This document shows, piece after piece, positions 43,844 to 44,006 of a stretch of 44,006 bases of DNA. A program made the translations under genes and the position numbers. The stretch spans positions 1 through 44,006 of the forward strand of contig JBAYWG010000004.1 in assembly GCA_041674225.1 (NCBI GenBank), read 5' to 3'. The notes below the pieces were generated by a model. That model saw only the letters and a program-made list of their open reading frames with translations, searched no databases and had not been told where the DNA came from. The first letter of the stretch is position 1. Every line of letters begins with the position of its first letter. Source of the DNA: Minisyncoccota bacterium (lineage in GTDB: Bacteria; Patescibacteriota; Minisyncoccia; Phycocordibacterales; JAACPR01).

Positions 43844-44006
43844 CTACAACTCCCTAAAGTCAGGATTCAAGAAACATGTTTGTTCTTTTGATACTGAGAT
43901 TGTTCCACCACCACGTAGTTCTTGGCATCGTAGTTCGTATCTTCCGGGTGTTAAGTCTAGTTGTCCAGAGATTTCAACGGCTTGAAATAGTCCTCCATTT
44001 TTATAT
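43844..44006 (-). CDS. 3' end of an unidentified minus-strand ORF running off the window
   Basis: Hand translation gives ...YKNGGLFQAVEISGQLDLTPGRYELRCQELRGGGTISVSKEQTCFLNPDFREL, with the stop at 43844-43846. Open to the window edge, no homology evidence. Confidence 0.3.
   Translation of the reverse strand, partial: YKNGGLFQAVEISGQLDLTPGRYELRCQELRGGGTISVSKEQTCFLNPDFREL

Noticed and set aside
1-44006. Alternative genetic code (UGA recoding), CRISPR arrays, transposases or integrases
   Set aside because: Conserved genes are intact under the standard code. TGA stops (for example 38302-38304 and 40309-40311) are followed by terminators. No regularly spaced direct repeats and no recombinase-like ORFs were seen.

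Overview
Gene-dense, low-GC bacterial chromosomal window read with the standard genetic code (TAA, TAG and TGA all end ORFs that are then followed by terminator hairpins). The backbone is housekeeping: rpoA (3' end)-rplQ-rplM-rpsI-grpE-dnaK-dnaJ, a CvpA-like membrane protein, an orphan histidine kinase, trpS, a YceI-like protein, scpA-scpB, a D-Ala-D-Ala carboxypeptidase and mraY. After an accessory block come truB, ftsW, murG and an M23 peptidase. Further on are rpmA, rplI, ctpA, corA, cysS, dnaB, recR, rplU, rmuC, a YqeY-like gene, tRNA-Glu(CUC), a HAD protein, a Nudix hydrolase and a nucleotidyltransferase. Short genes, rare Shine-Dalgarno sequences, a zinc-finger-less DnaJ and many envelope genes fit a small-genome lineage such as Patescibacteria/CPR, but that is inference only. 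No CRISPR array, transposase, integrase or rRNA was seen. Between the core genes sit accessory genes with no recognisable function, often GC-shifted and individually bracketed by strong rho-independent terminators. The observations I rank highest are listed here. (1) A tandem pair of paralogous, C-terminally truncated protein-kinase-like ORFs plus a polytopic membrane protein, appended directly to mraY (11581-13837). (2) A perfect 17-bp-stem hairpin inside the truB coding sequence (20027-20065). (3) A CAP-domain protein plus a 1273-aa FN3/Ig-like surface protein with a C-terminal peptidoglycan-binding domain, sharing a VLGAxT motif. (4) A 625-bp ORF-free region (25437-26061). (5) An identical 30-nt terminator hairpin duplicated around a one-gene cassette. 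(6) A GC-rich divergent pair of unknown genes (28990-30297). All functional calls rest on motifs read by eye, because no database search could be run.
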